Numbered from the whole stretch's first letter, positions 24,780 through 37,890 are shown. The stretch: DNA of 61,232 nt, filler included, from Diploschistes diacapsis (GCA_023645945.1; 7 parts of 7 records of this genome joined end to end with filler, not necessarily neighbours in it), one strand, 5' to 3'. Numbers and translations are program-made. Notes: a model not told the origin generated them from the sequence alone.

Positions 24780-26340
24780 GCGAACTCCCTCTGCATTGCG
24801 CAGCAGCCTTAAAACATCCTCGATGGCGCATCCCGCGGTTTGCTTTACTGTTGTGGCGTCCTGGAAGCTACTCCGCTCGTTCAGTCACTTGGCAGCGATA
24901 GGCCATCTCAACCGACAACAACACCACGACCGTCTACCACACACTTCCTGCTTCGACCTTTCGCATTCCTCACATCTTCCTTGCAATTATTTTTCCAAGA
25001 TCGACGATACCCCTAGGGCCCGGCATCGACCGGGCTTTTCCTTGGGTCCTTTATCTCACACAATTTCTTTTAGCATATCCTGCATTACGGACGGCGCTCT
25101 ACGGCCGCTTTACTCTCGGCTCTTTATCTATTCGGTCGACAGGCATACCCGACGTGCGTTTAGGTGTTTCGATGGAGTCGGCTCAGGTGTTATACAACCA
25201 CATGGCGGAGTTTTGTTTATCACATGGAAGACGGCGTTTGTACTGGAGCAGACTGTGTCCAAGGCAGTGGCGTCTCTCTATCTAAATCGGAGCTCGGCGT
25301 ACTCTGCTTCGAACACACGGTGCGGTGTAACCCGGACCAATAATTCGTTTTTCCCGGTCCGACATGTGGGGGCGGGGGGCCGTTGAGATCAGATTGATTC
25401 GATCCTTCTTCTGTGTGCGACTGACAGGGTCCTGGTGTCCCTGCTCACAAGGCACCGTGTTCTCAGCTACTTTGTTTTGATCGGATGGCACTGCTGGTTA
25501 TGTTTGGGATGTTTCGGAACTTGGGCGTTTGGAACGGAAATGGGACCTTGTGGGGCTTCTCATCAGCTTTTTTTTTTTTTTTGATACCGGATGGAATGGG
25601 CATCATGGGAAACATTGATATCCTGGGGCACATGGCAGCTTGCTAAGCTTTTTTGGGACTTTTTTCTTCTGAAGGACTTTTTTGAAAGGATGGCGGGCGG
25701 GGCAGAACAATTTGCATATTATAAACTTTCATATATCCATCCTCCATTGCGTGATTGTGATTTGATGGCGCTGTAGTAGTACCTTTGATCGTCGAACCTC
25801 CATCTCGGCCTGACGCCAGCCCAAACAAGGGATCTTCCCAGCCCCTTCGTCGTCTCGCGGGTTACGGGGATTGCCTCGTCCGTTCCTCGTCTTCCGATTT
25901 TATTTTTAATATTTAATTTTTTTCCTTTTTTCACTTGCTCGTCGCTTTCTACCTCGTTCTCCTTCTCCTTCTCCTTCTCCTTCTCCGGTTCTCCCTTTGG
26001 TTGGGGGGGGGGGAGTGCACTGAATTAAATTAGATCCGATCCGATCAGATCAGATGAGACCAGATCAGATCGGAACGGGGGAGGTGCAGAGATAAAAAAA
26101 AAAACAAAAAGATGAAAAGACCAAAAGGGCCGCGCAATCAAGAGCCCCAGTCCGCTTGGGGGATGGCGATGGCGGAGGGGGGGAGGAACCCCGATAGATG
26201 CTGTATGCTGTATTGCTGTATGTATGGGGGGGTGCATATANNNNNNNNNNNNNNNNNNNNNNNNNNNNNNNNNNNNNNNNNNNNTTAATTAATTAANNNN
26301 NNNNNNNNNNNNNNNNNNNNNNNNNNNNNNNNNNNNNNNN

Positions 26341-26432
26341 ACCGCAGCTAAAAAATCTAAAACACGGACACTGACACTATCAGTGTCCGTGTCACTGACA
26401 CGGCCGTGTCAGTGTCAGTGACGGCCAGCCTA
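26341..26432 (-). mobile_element. Probable terminus of a DNA transposon/MITE (hAT-like) with palindromic subterminal repeats
   Basis: 13-bp inverted repeat ACACGGACACTGA/TCAGTGTCCGTGT at 26362-26392 and perfect 22-bp palindrome CACTGACACGGCCGTGTCAGTG at 26393-26414. The end reads TAGGCTGGCC... on the minus strand. It sits at a contig edge. Confidence 0.55.

Positions 26433-26468
<36 letters not shown>
26433..26468 (+). repeat. (ATT)n microsatellite
   Basis: About 12 perfect ATT units directly abutting the putative element end. Confidence 0.92.
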
Positions 26469-26469
<1 letters not shown>

Positions 26470-28762
26470 CACCGCCGATCAGCCTTGAAATTCAATTCGT
26501 AAGGGACCCCGACAAGAGAGACCTGCGTGTTTCATCAAATCGCTTCCGAAAAATTACGATGATTCTCCTACTGTGCGAGTTATACTGGCCACTTGAAGCG
26601 ACCTGAATACCGAGGTTTTAATGCCTCGAATTACCGTCAATAGCTTCTGCAGGACGGTTGGTTGCCTATTTAGTAACTTGCTTTTCTTCCCTAGTGCTTT
26701 CAGACGCGGTTTCCCACAGCAGCCCACATGCCCGAAGCAAAATAGTTGATATTATATCCCCTAAAAATGCCTGGTGTCTTTCCTATATGATTGATTCAGG
26801 GTTTTCCGTCCAAGTGAAAGATCGTCCCATGCTGTCTTATATCGAGGTCTTTCTGAAAGGGTTCTTCTGACAATTGAGGAAGCCAGAATAGGTGCCTGAT
26901 CTCTCCTGCACAGTATATCGAAAACCCGTGTTATTGGTACCATCTCAACATGTGATGGACAGGGTGCGGTATGCCAGAGCCAGTTATATTGGTCAAACAA
27001 GATCGTTTTGCCTAGATTGAAAACTGTATCAAGTACTAGGTTCTTTCTTCCTAACATGTATACACGTTCTTCTATGGTGAAAGCGAGGAAGCTAGCGCCG
27101 TCCGGTTCCTGGACAGATAGCGTGATTGGGTCTAATCGAAGCGCATAATCCTTGTCTTATGATCCGTGAAAGAAAATGAAAGGCATATTCTCTTTCGCTT
27201 CAGTTGTGTGCCGTGCGTCTCTCAGAAGCTAGAAAAGTCTAACGATTTCCTTTGGGCACTTCTCAGAACTATCGGTAAGCCATATAGGTGGTGAGTAATT
27301 CCTTGAGTGAAATGCTCAACGAAATACATGTAACTGTAGTGTTGGTTTGGATTGTGTACCTGGTGGCGTTGTTAAAATAATCGGGCTCCAGGAGTCGGTA
27401 AAGGTTCTGTAGGATATAATGGCCTTCAGATAGGCCATTCATCTAATACAGACAGAGAAATAGCTAGGCATTTCATCTGACGGAAGAGAATTCCAGAGAA
27501 CGCTTAGTAAATATCCGTAGCTTGTTCAAAGAGTGGCAACAATAACGATTCTCTTAAGGTATTTCAAGTTCGGGATGCTCTTGTAATCCACGTCAACTTC
27601 TTACTCCTCATAATGAACTCTTGACGGGATGTTGTAGAATTCAAGTGCTTCCTATAATGTCAGATGTCAACCAACGCGTCATGTGATAGGCTGTATGAGT
27701 ACAGAGTAACATCCATTCCTCCTCCCTTCGTTATGTCAAAGAGTTGGGTACTGAATTTGCGCCTGAGGTGTTTCTTTAAATGTTGGCTCTATTCCCAAAT
27801 AATAACCTCTGTGTAGAGGCTCGTGGAGCTCTCCTGCTCGGGCCACGCTTATTCCCTGGACGACATTAAGTTTGGACATCAACCATTTTCTGACCGATTC
27901 GGCCCCCCAAAATGTGCGTTTGTAGTAGAGTATTCAGCGCTCTACAGCCCCTGTATATGTACTGCCATAGCGTTGAGTTTCATATATCTTCCGCCCCTGG
28001 AGCTGGTTTCTTGCAAAGGCCAGGGGAGTTTTACGGCGGACGATGGTGTACAAAGTCAATAGGGTAATTCAGCTTCCGCTGACAATGGGGAATCAATATC
28101 ATATGTACATTATTTCTAAAGCTTTATACTGCTAAAAATAAGCTCATTAATAACTAATATAAATTTTACAAATCAAAGGTCTACTGCCAAGCCTGCGGGG
28201 TTAACGGCTTATCTCCATGGCCAAACCACACTTGTCACTCCATCCACTTGGGACGATTATCTACGAGGCAAGTAAGGCACACCCGCTAGGGCTGACTATA
28301 TCAAGGGGATTGCTGATATTCATCACTGAAGAGAGGAAGGTAGGCTTCTCGTCTCTTGCTTGACTCTGCCTGCCGTCTATGCGAACGATAGTGATCGACA
28401 GTTGGGCACTCGCCCAACGACCGGCATTTCATACTGCTGACTGCTGCGAAATGGTAGATTATCTCTACTGGAAACCAGGATGGATAAGAGAACGGCCAGG
28501 TTGGCGATGCAAATCCTCTATAGACGAGACTCAATGATTTGACCAGATAATGTCCTCCACCCACCCCTTTTTTGGCAACCAGATGTACAAGGTGGGTGAT
28601 GAAGCGACTGGAAGCTTCTGCCAGGTAAACCGTGCAAGACTCTGACTGGGAAGCTTGCAAGGGTCTCGTTTGTATGTCTTACAGCCTTGCGTAGAAAATG
28701 TAGGCCGGTCCTCCCGCCGCTTTGATGTTGAGTGTTGACGATTGTATGTCTGCTTGCATGTT

Positions 28763-29825
28763 CTACTTCGGCCTAGTACCCAAAGGTACCGGTGGAGGTA
28801 TCTCAGGGTTTGTAGTCGTCACCTTGGTGGGGTCGTCATGCCCCGTTATCTTTGTACTTGGTTGAAGACCGGACCTCTTCGGGGGGAAGGGCGGCTTCTT
28901 GCTTGAGCTTGTCGGGGTTGGTGGAACCTCATCGGAAGTGGTAGAAGAGTTCAATTTGGTAAACCGAGCCTGCAGCTCTGATACATTCGTAGAAATAGCG
29001 GTAGCAGATGACGGGGATTGGGCTGTTAAAATGCGTTCTTCTCCTACACCACCACTTTGGTTACCAATTCCAAGGCCAGGGACACTGACACCTGCTCTAC
29101 TAAGGCGGTCCACTGCACCCTGGTTGACGAAAGAAGTCGTTCGTTGTTGCCGGCTGCTTGATCCTGCAGCAGTTTCAATAGACTTGAGGTACGAAGGAGG
29201 GGGGTCCTTAGGTACCACACTTTTTGAGGAGGGTACTGTAGGAGGGCCTTGTCGAGGAGGGAGACGGGGAGGCAATGGTGGCTTTTGTTTGGTTGGAGAA
29301 GGCGTATGTTTTGCACTGAGATTTGACATTGTTGACTGCTCTGGGTCACTTATCTGCTGCCCAATCCTGCGGACTGGAGGTTTGGGAAGGTTGCTCGTCG
29401 ATAACCCGGTGGTATCGACTCGATACGGGACTTGCGGAGGCTTGAGTTCACCATCTCCCTCATCTTCTTTCTTCCGCAGCCGGCTTTCATCTGGTAGGAT
29501 TGGAGAGCTCTGACTATTTGGCTCCTCAACTCTCGTACTTGTTCTCGTCGGAGAACCACTGGCTTGTCCGCCATAGTATTTGACGTGTTTGGGTGGTGCG
29601 CCAAAAGATTGTGGATCTTTGAGGCTTGATAGTGGCTGCGATACATGATCGTCAGCTCGTTCAAGGTCTGATTGCTTTCCTTTGCCGATCCAGCCTTTCT
29701 ATGATATGATTAGCTCGTGATAAGACATGGGCGGCCACAGAATTCCATCGTACAATATCGCCTCTTAAGCTGCCAATCTTCTCTTGATGCCATCCATTTT
29801 TACCGAGGTCCAGTACCTTGTCCAT
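28763..29825 (-). CDS. Proline-rich Aim3-like protein (probable SH3-binding, actin-patch type)
   Basis: Spliced model: MDKVLDLGKNGWHQEKIGSLRGDI, an intron (GTACGA...GCTAAT...TAG), then KGWIGKG...HVSQPLSSLKDPQSFGAPPKHV...PYRVDTTGLSTSNLPKPP...KPPLPPRLPPR...NQGAVDRLSRAGVSVPGLGIG...PPPVPLGTRPK. Confidence 0.7.
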
Positions 29826-30379
29826 CTCGCAATACTGCAAGTCAACGTTAATGGTAAAAATGTAATCCAAAAAAAAAGCGTCTTCTGAATGCTCGAAAGT
29901 TGCGTAGCATGAGGTCATACGGCAAGAAACTGACAACTTCCGTTAAGCCAATCCGTTCAAATGAATTGAGCCCTTGGCGGCCGCTTCCGATTCGAGATCA
30001 GGACTTGACCTTACCTGGGCCGGCAACGGTTTCTTCGACTGTCTTACTATGTAGGGAATTAGGCATTCACGGTAGTATTTGGCATGCCGGATAAAAAAGG
30101 AAGGGCATAGGACGATTGTCCATCTGGGGCATGTGTCAAAGACAGGATACAGATAATTTATCGGCTTCGCCCTTAGCAGCTCACGAGGCGGTGTGAGAAA
30201 CCATCTAATCATATCGCAGCAATATATACCAGACAGTCAAGCGCCATGCTATCGTCGGTTGCTCTGGGGACTGAAAGACAAGAATCGCTTTCCAGGCTTT
30301 GTATGTACAATAAATGGATATAAAGATAGTTCACAATGCCTCCAACACCTCGCTAATATCAACCAACTGAAGGGAGCGA

Positions 30380-31648
30380 TCACAACGGATAGTGCTCCAT
30401 ATGGACTCGAGGCTCTTCTGGAGATAATGCAGAGATAAGTGACAGTGCATCAGCATCACGCTCGGACCTCCTCCGTTTATCGGTCAGCGCTGAGACTACT
30501 GATACGGCATCCGTATCCCGTCTAGTGTCCCTGTCTCCAGCATCACGATAGGAAAGCTCCGAGACTAGGTCACTATCACGGTGCCTCCTGTTCGAGCCGG
30601 ATTGTTCAGCCCTTTGGGATTGCTGAGGAAGCGGTCGAGCATTTTCCGGAAAGGTGCCAGTTGACGGCGTGAGGTCATAAGTGGAAGATGTGGGACGCCA
30701 TGTGGCGTCAGGTGCGACAAGCACATCAGATGAGGCATAAGATAGAATATCGGGATTGTGATCCCGAGAGTTGATGATTGGAGGAAGTTCGTGAGGAGAC
30801 GGTGACGAAGGTGAGGGCGTTGTGAGCGGCGTAACAGCTGGGCCAGGCGCTGGTAATGGCTTGTGCTTGCTCGTCTGGGAATCGTACACGGTGGTTGGAG
30901 AAGGAAGCTTGATTCCACCAGCGGGTAACGGCCATGCTTCAGAAGGCGGCCTATTGAACTCAGGAACCCTAGGAGATGGTAGAGTTGGCGACGGTCCGCG
31001 TTCGATGGGTGAGCTTGTGTGTCCAGTGTTACGCCGCTGTGGATGGAACACGCCGATTGAGCCTGCCCTTCCATGGTCTTCGAGGCTCCTTCGCAATTCG
31101 AATACACCCAATGAGCCGCTCTTGATCCTATCGCCGTTATTTAGTGGGGATGGCGAGAAGGCAGAGTTTTGCGGAGAATGTCGAAGCAAACGTGTCTCCT
31201 GAGCCGGTGTTTCCGAGTTCTCCGAGCGTGGCTTCTCCCTCCGACTCTCAAGGCTCCTCCGACGCTGGGTCCTTGTGCGATGCCTGACCCAAAGCATATA
31301 TAATATAGGTATGAGGATGATTATGAAGGCGATCGGTGTGATGATAGCCGCGAGTTCTTGCCCCGTTGAGAGACCACCGCTACTTCCCTTGTTGGTGTTT
31401 GTTGAAGTGCTTCCAGTTGCACTTGGGGTAGATACTGAACTTTGCTGCGACGCAGCAGTCGCGAATGTTGAACCTGTTGGTGTGGAAGTTGCAACGGCAA
31501 TTGAAGTGTCTGGATTTGTGGTGAAGATGAAAGAGGTAGGGCCACTGGCCGATGAGAGTAGTGGATTCGTCACAGAAGATGGGAGTGATGGATTCAGCAA
31601 AGAAGATGGCAGCGGAAGAGTGCGCTTCGTGAGGCCACCGTCGGCCAT
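30380..31648 (-). CDS. Single-pass membrane protein with Ser/Thr-rich ectodomain (Mid2/Wsc-like architecture)
   Basis: S/T-rich N-terminus, GLSTGQELAAIITPIAFIIILIPILYMLWV transmembrane helix, basic stop-transfer RHRTR, disordered tail. Confidence 0.75.
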   Translation of the reverse strand: MADGGLTKRTLPLPSSLLNPSLPSSVTNPLLSSASGPTSFIFTTNPDTSIAVATSTPTGSTFATAASQQSSVSTPSATGSTSTNTNKGSSGGLSTGQELAAIITPIAFIIILIPILYMLWVRHRTRTQRRRSLESRREKPRSENSETPAQETRLLRHSPQNSAFSPSPLNNGDRIKSGSLGVFELRRSLEDHGRAGSIGVFHPQRRNTGHTSSPIERGPSPTLPSPRVPEFNRPPSEAWPLPAGGIKLPSPTTVYDSQTSKHKPLPAPGPAVTPLTTPSPSSPSPHELPPIINSRDHNPDILSYASSDVLVAPDATWRPTSSTYDLTPSTGTFPENARPLPQQSQRAEQSGSNRRHRDSDLVSELSYRDAGDRDTRRDTDAVSVVSALTDKRRRSERDADALSLISALSPEEPRVHMEHYPL

Positions 31649-32950
31649 TGCGCTGGGATGAATGATTCCAAAAGACGAGCAGCGCTCTGAGACGGTGAAA
31701 GTGGTGATGGTAAAGCAAATTGAGGGGTTATTGTGAGGATTCGGCCACAGTGATTAATAGGTATGCATGCCTTGAGCCTTGAGGAAGCGCACGAGCAAAC
31801 AGAAGAGTCGACCTCTATTGTGGAAAAACCACGATGATGATTGTACAGAGTAGGAAAAGGGAAGGAGGAGAGACAAAGATTAATTGTGAAACGTGCCATG
31901 CCACTTTGCAACTCGACCTGGAACTGGTGTGTGATGTGGTGAACATTGAACAGGGCGCAGCAGCAACAGAACGGCACCTCAACTTTCGCTTTCTGCTTTC
32001 TACTTTCTACTTTCCACCCATTAAGGCGCCTTTGTGCATCTATCTTTGTACTGGCCCCTAAAGAACGTATTTTCAGACATGTTCACAGCACAAAGCTCCT
32101 CCCTCAAAAGCCAGGGCTTGCAGGCTCAACATCAAAGCTTCTTGTGGTATACAAGCGTTTGCCCAGGGAGAGGTATCTACAGACAGGTAGGTACAGTCAG
32201 CATCGTTTGTTGGAAACACCCTATCTTTCACCATTGCTCCAAAAAGTGAGCAATATGTAATGAAAAAACCAACAGCAAGACCGCTCAAGAACATATAACA
32301 TATACCATATTTCCACACTTCTACTGCCTTGTGAACGATATAACGAGATATAACGTGGGCTTCCAAGTAAGAGGGAACAGAAGCCATGCAGCAGCGTTGT
32401 ATCTATTCCTAGGAATAGAGCGGAAAACCCCCCAGCTCCGCCTACGGACCTCACGCAGGTAACATTTCGGTGACATTTCGGTGATATCTCTGTTGTATTG
32501 TCTTCTTGTGAGGAGCTCGTCAACAACGCGGGGACTGCTCTACCTCGATTGCCTCGTCGCTTGTCGGTCGTCAAGCCGGCTTCCTTCGACTTCCAAGCCT
32601 CTGATTCGACAACGCTGTCGATCGTAAAGATTTAGCTCTCATGCCTCCCCACCTGTGAAGCTTTTCGCACCCGTCTCCAACCGTATACAGTAAGCAGTAG
32701 TAAGGCTTGAAGCTAGCCTTGTCTCGTGGCTCGGAAGGACATGTTTCCAGAATGAGATCCTTTGCCCGTCCGCTGTCACCATCTCCGCGACCAGGATTTC
32801 ACTCCTTCACAGAACTTCAGGCATATCGAAACCTGACATCCTCCTGCTGGTATACAATACACGTAGCTCTGGGTATGGAGGTATTGTGTTTCTTTTGACG
32901 CAAAACTTTGCGGCTATGTGATTGGTTAAACGTTATGACCAAGATTCATT

Positions 32951-32960
32951 CCGATATCGG
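32951..32960 (+). promoter_or_regulatory. Leu3/LeuB-type binding site CCG-N4-CGG upstream of LEU2
   Basis: Perfect palindrome CCGATATCGG lies 95 nt upstream of the LEU2 ATG and just upstream of a TATATATA element near 33000. Confidence 0.7.
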
Positions 32961-33045
32961 CCCCCCCCGCGGTGGACTTTATGGCTGGCACACCAAGAAT
33001 ATATATACAAAATACTCATGTAATACTACTTTCAAATAAGCATTT

Positions 33046-34411
33046 ATGTCTCCCTACAATATCGTGGTCTTTGGCGGTGACCATTGCGGTCCGGAAGTGA
33101 GTACGGCGAACCTTGAGGAGTAGGCATATATTAATCCAACCAGGTGACGAAAGAAGCGCTTAAGGTAGAGCCCACGGGCACCTGTATATAGGATGATTCA
33201 CAATCCATACAGGCTCTACGAGTCATCGAGCAGGAACGATCACATATCAAGTTCGACTTCCAAGAGCACCTTCTGGGGGGTGTGAGTACCAAACCCGAAT
33301 GTCCTGGCTCTACCAAGTCTAATCCTTGCAACAGTGCTCCATCGACGCCCACAACACCCCTCTGACAGACGAGGCCCTCCATGCTGCGAAGTCCGCCAAC
33401 GCCGTGATCCTGGGTGCAATTGGCGGTCCAGTACGCTCCCACCCTGGCCTGTGTCACGCAGGCTGACTTGTCGCTTCTAGAAATGGGGCACCGGCAAAGT
33501 CCGCCCAGAGCAGGGCCTCCTGAAGCTGCGTAAGGAAATGGGTACCTTTGGTAACCTGCGGCCCTGCAACTTCGCGTCCGACTCTCTTGTGGACATCTCG
33601 CCCCTTAAAGCCGAAGTTTGCCGCGGCGTGAATTTCAACATCGTGCGCGAGCTCACAGGAGGAATCTATTTCGGGGATCGGAAGGAAGACGAGGGTGACG
33701 GGTATGCGATGGACACGGAGTCCTACTCGCGCCCTGAGATCGAGCGCATCACGAGGCTGGCCGCGCACTTGGCGCTGCAGGAGAACCCGCCCGTCAAGGT
33801 GTGGAGCTTGGACAAGGCGAACGTGCTGGCGACGAGCAGGCTGTGGCGAAAGACGGTGACGGAGGTGATGACCAAGGAATTTCCGCAGCTGGAGTTCGAA
33901 CATCAGCTGATCGACTCGGCGGCTATGCTGATGGTGAAGACGCCGACGAAGCTGAACGGGGTGATTGTCACAAGTAATTTGTTTGGAGATATCATCAGCG
34001 ACGAGGCGAGCGTCATTCCGGGGAGTCTGGGGTTGTTGCCGAGCGCGAGTCTGAACGGGATCCCCGACGGGAAGAGCATGGTCAACGGGATTTACGAGCC
34101 TATTCACGGTATGCGAGACTATTTTCGTTCTACCCCTTAAAGAGCATGTAGCTAACGTTTGTTTCCTAGGATCTGCTCCCGACATCGCTGGAAAGGGAGT
34201 TGTCAATCCTGTTGCAGCGATACTTTCCATGGCCATGCTCCTGCAATACTCGCTATGTCTACCAGCAGAGGCCAAGGCGATCGAAGAGGCTGTGCGGCGG
34301 ACCATTGAAGCTGGCATTCGTACAAAGGATATAGGTGGCAGTGCTTCGACCACGGAGGTCGGCGATGCAGTAGCAAAGGAGCTTACCAAGGTCCTGGCGG
34401 AGGAAAGGTGA
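33046..34411 (+). CDS. LEU2: 3-isopropylmalate dehydrogenase
   Basis: Multi-exon: [17 protein letters not shown] / 21-nt exon VTKEALK (33144-33164) / ...LGAIGGP / [14 protein letters not shown]...[11 protein letters not shown]...[13 protein letters not shown]...[12 protein letters not shown]...YEPIHG / [13 protein letters not shown]. Confidence 0.97.
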
Positions 34412-34592
34412 AAAGCAAATCTTTCTCGGTGTTACAGCGCATGGACATAGGATAGGCAGCATGCAAATCGTGACAAAATGCTTGCTCGAGCAAGCGCATG
34501 AGCCAGCCAAAGTTGGCTCTCCAGCATCGCGAATGTTAATTTGAGCCCCAAAGCTTTAGCTCGAATTTCTCACCAAAGTCACCACATTCCTC

Positions 34593-35004
34593 TTACCGAA
34601 TCTCCGGCTCCCCCATCCAATCTGCCTCCATAAGGCCCAATGAAATCTCTGCTTCTCTCATGGCGTCTGCCGCGGCCGCGGCCTGTGCATCTTCCGCCGC
34701 AGCTGCCCGATCACCCTCAACCGCCCTGTCGATCAGGTTCCGCGGCACGGCCCTCCTTCGCCTCTTGACCCTCTCGTCCCTCGCGAAGAGCTGCACGCCC
34801 CTGACATGCGTATCCTTTCCATTCTGATGGTTCTCCAGCACCCGCACCTGCACGCACATGCACCTCAACACGCCCTCCTCCTCTTCCTCCTCATCCTCCT
34901 CATCATTTTCAAATTCCAATCCACCCTCCTCCAAGTCCAACCCTTCAATCCCCTCCTCCGAGCCTCCAAGCCCGGACCCATATCCATAGCCCCCCCTCCT
35001 GCCC
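34593..35004 (-). CDS. APC10: Anaphase-promoting complex subunit 10 (Doc1), C-terminal part only
   Basis: VLRCMCVQVRVLENHQNGKDTHVRGVQLFA motif and C-terminal IR tail (EPEIR). The 5' end is lost at the linker. Confidence 0.88.
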
Positions 35005-35104
35005 NNNNNNNNNNNNNNNNNNNNNNNNNNNNNNNNNNNNNNNNNNNNTTAATTAATTAANNNNNNNNNNNNNNNNNNNNNNNNNNNNNNNNNNNNNNNN
35101 NNNN

Positions 35105-37890
35105 CTTCCTCACCGCCGCCCCGCTCCCCTCCACCACCTTCCTGCCCAAGCAATCGCTATGGAAGCCATGCTGGCACGACGGGAACACGAAAAACTGGCG
35201 GCTCAGCAGCGGCAGCCGACAGGCCCGGCACCGCTCGCCCGGCAGGACGACGGCAAAGCGCGAGGCGAGGCCGCGGATGTCCTGCCCGATGCTCGCGGCC
35301 GTCGCCTCGGCGGCGTCCATGTCCGCCCTCAGCGCATCGATGTGCCGGCTGTACCCCTCCAGCGCGGCGCACACGTCGTCCTTGAAGTCGTCGATCACCA
35401 CGAAGTCCGGGAAGAAGGGGATCAGGTCCTCGATGCGCAGCAGGTCGCAGCGCTTCAGGAAGTCCAGGGCCGTCTTGATGGAGCCCGTGCCCTGGGCGGA
35501 GATTACCTTCTTGGCCACGGCGAGCCAGAGTTTTTTCCGCAGGGCAGGGTTGCTGTCCGCGGGACGGTCGGCGATCATGGAGGCGAGGTCGATTTTGTCG
35601 TGTTTGAGGGCGAGGGCGACGGCGGAGGGGTATTGGTTCATCAGGGAGTAGATGTGCACGCAGGACTCGACGCGCTTGTGCTGGATGCAGAGGCGGAGCG
35701 CGAAGTCTGCGTCGTAGGCTGGGGGTGGATGGGCGGACTGGGAGGAGAGGTAGGTTAGCAGAGCGGACTCGGAGGGGGAGGCGTCCGAGGCGTAGATGGA
35801 GATGAGGGTGTTGTGAATGGCGGGGTCGCGGGCGCCGAGCTGGTTGATGCAGAAAAGGAGATAGCGGGCGGCTTGGTTCTGACCTAGTGGGACGGAGGCA
35901 TCTTTGGTGTAATTGAGGAGGGCAGGGATGAAGTTGCGTGGTTCGAGGTCCGAGTGGCGCATCAGAATGTCGACAAGGGGGGTGGCGGCATGGCGCATAA
36001 GGACAGAGCTATATTTGTAAAAGATCGAGGGGGAGGTTTGCCTTTTCAAGACGTCGAGGGCTTCGGACCAGCGTTCGCGTTGAATCCAGTAGGAGAGGAC
36101 ATAGTTGTAGTCGTCGATCGCTGTGGCGTAGGAGAGAAGCTGCTCCTCGCGGCCATGGCTGTTAATTATTCCGTAAGTGGTTTTCTTGTCGAGATCAGTC
36201 TTGTTCTTGTTGACAAAGTCGTTAAACTCGGTCCCCAGGGCCACCAATTCATCCTTGGTGCCGGCGGTACTCTTATTCTCGACGAGCTCGGCTCTTGTGG
36301 TAATCGTGTCGTCCAATGAATTGAGCTTCGCCATGTATATCTCAACCAACCAGGTGGCTATCATCGTTCGCTGCATTAGCGACGATTTCTTATAAGATCC
36401 TAGTTTTGTTAGCAGGTACTTTCGCAGTGCGTCTTGCTGGTCATTATCCACAAAAGTCAGTGCGACCTCTTCGAAAGCCTTGCTGCTTCGCCCATAGACC
36501 GATGCTGCTTCGAGAAATTGACCCTTCTTGACAAGGTAGTCCCCTGACGCCGTAGCGACGGCATCCTTCTGTGAAGGGCCACGCGCGAATTGCAAAGCTG
36601 CGTCAAATCGTTTCTCTTTCAGCATGATCTTCCAAATATCACGATCTTCGTCTCCGATGGCGATCTCGAATATTTCGTGCGCGGTAAACAGCCAGAGAGT
36701 GCCTTTCTTTTGGTCAGCCACAAGACCCAATGCAGTCTTGTTACCCCCTAGGATCGTTTGGTCATAAACGATCTCTTGGCTAAGGCGGTTGATTGCCACG
36801 ATTCGACCCTCGACAAAGCATAGCACGTGCCACTGAGAGAGCGCAATAGCGGTGATCGGGTCCCTGCTTGGCCGCTTTCTGCCGCTTGCTGATTCTGATG
36901 GCGGTATTTTAGACCTCTCGATTATCTTGGAAGCATTCATCATCTTCGAACCCAGTATAGAGGTGTCATTCAAGGAGAGCAGGCTTCCGTATCGCACAGT
37001 CGAGCTGGACAGCCAAGCGAAAGCCTTGTCATCTTTTGAATCGCTACTAGTACTCCCACCTTGAACATCAGGAGAAATGACCAGTGCAGAAGGAGCTTGA
37101 AAAGGCTCGTCAGGGCCATACTGGATGGTCGGTCTCTCATTTTCAAAAAGTTTGGCGTAGAGAACTCCAGATCCTTCAGAGCCATGCCGGCTGACCCTTC
37201 CAACGACGTGCAATAGTCGACTAGGAGTTGCAATGAAGACCCTCCGCACATCAGGCCGGCTCTCTAGTACATCGGCCCATACTCCCACAATAGGGCCATC
37301 CGACAACTTTAGAACTGATTTGACATACTTCTCCTGAGATCGGTAGAATTCCGTAGACGGCTCAATGAAAGCCTCGTAGACATTGCCATCCGCTGCGCCA
37401 ATGAGAATCTCTCGTGTGGAAGCTGTGGGCAATGAAGGGTTCCAGGCAACACTCTCTATGGCAACTCCTTTTAATCTGGATAATGGCTTGGGCTGGCGGG
37501 ACTGGGTGTGAAGGTAGTAGTTCTCCCCAAGGTTAGTATTAATAATTAGATGAGAAGCTGAGGGATCGAGAAAGAGTCGACGGATGGGCCCTGTCTCCGA
37601 AGATTTCTTGGGCAAATCGATATCTAGCTGTTTCAGCTTTTGTCATCGCCTTCATTCACCAAAGCCTTACCGTCGATGTCCTCGGCATTGTCTAGATCTA
37701 TCCTCAGGATACGGCCGGTCGCCAACGCTAGGATGAGGACATTGTTGGCTACCTGCGCTGCCACGAACTCTGCTGATAGTGAAAACTGCAGCTGCACCTT
37801 TTGTACGTCGAAGATGGGCAATGCTGGGTCCGCACTGTCATCAGCACCACTTGCTGCAACGTAGCCCTCCCCTGTCGGGCTCAGTGCCAT
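35105..37890 (-). CDS. VPS18: Vacuolar sorting protein Vps18/Pep3 (HOPS/CORVET), 3'-truncated
   Basis: ATG at 37890. AAQVANNVLILALATGRILRIDL, short intron, Pep3 beta-propeller, CHCR repeats, LRIEDLIPFFPDFVVIDDFK, and a RING-H2 start (C..C...FPSCQHGFHSDCL). Confidence 0.95.

Noticed and set aside
28763..29936. Frameshifted pseudogene suggested by three separate track ORFs
   Set aside because: A single intron joins the pieces into one intact reading frame.
34593..37890. APC10-VPS18 adjacency, and likewise WDR5 next to the RiPP cluster, as functional linkage
   Set aside because: In both cases the genes are separated by artificial linkers between size-sorted contigs.
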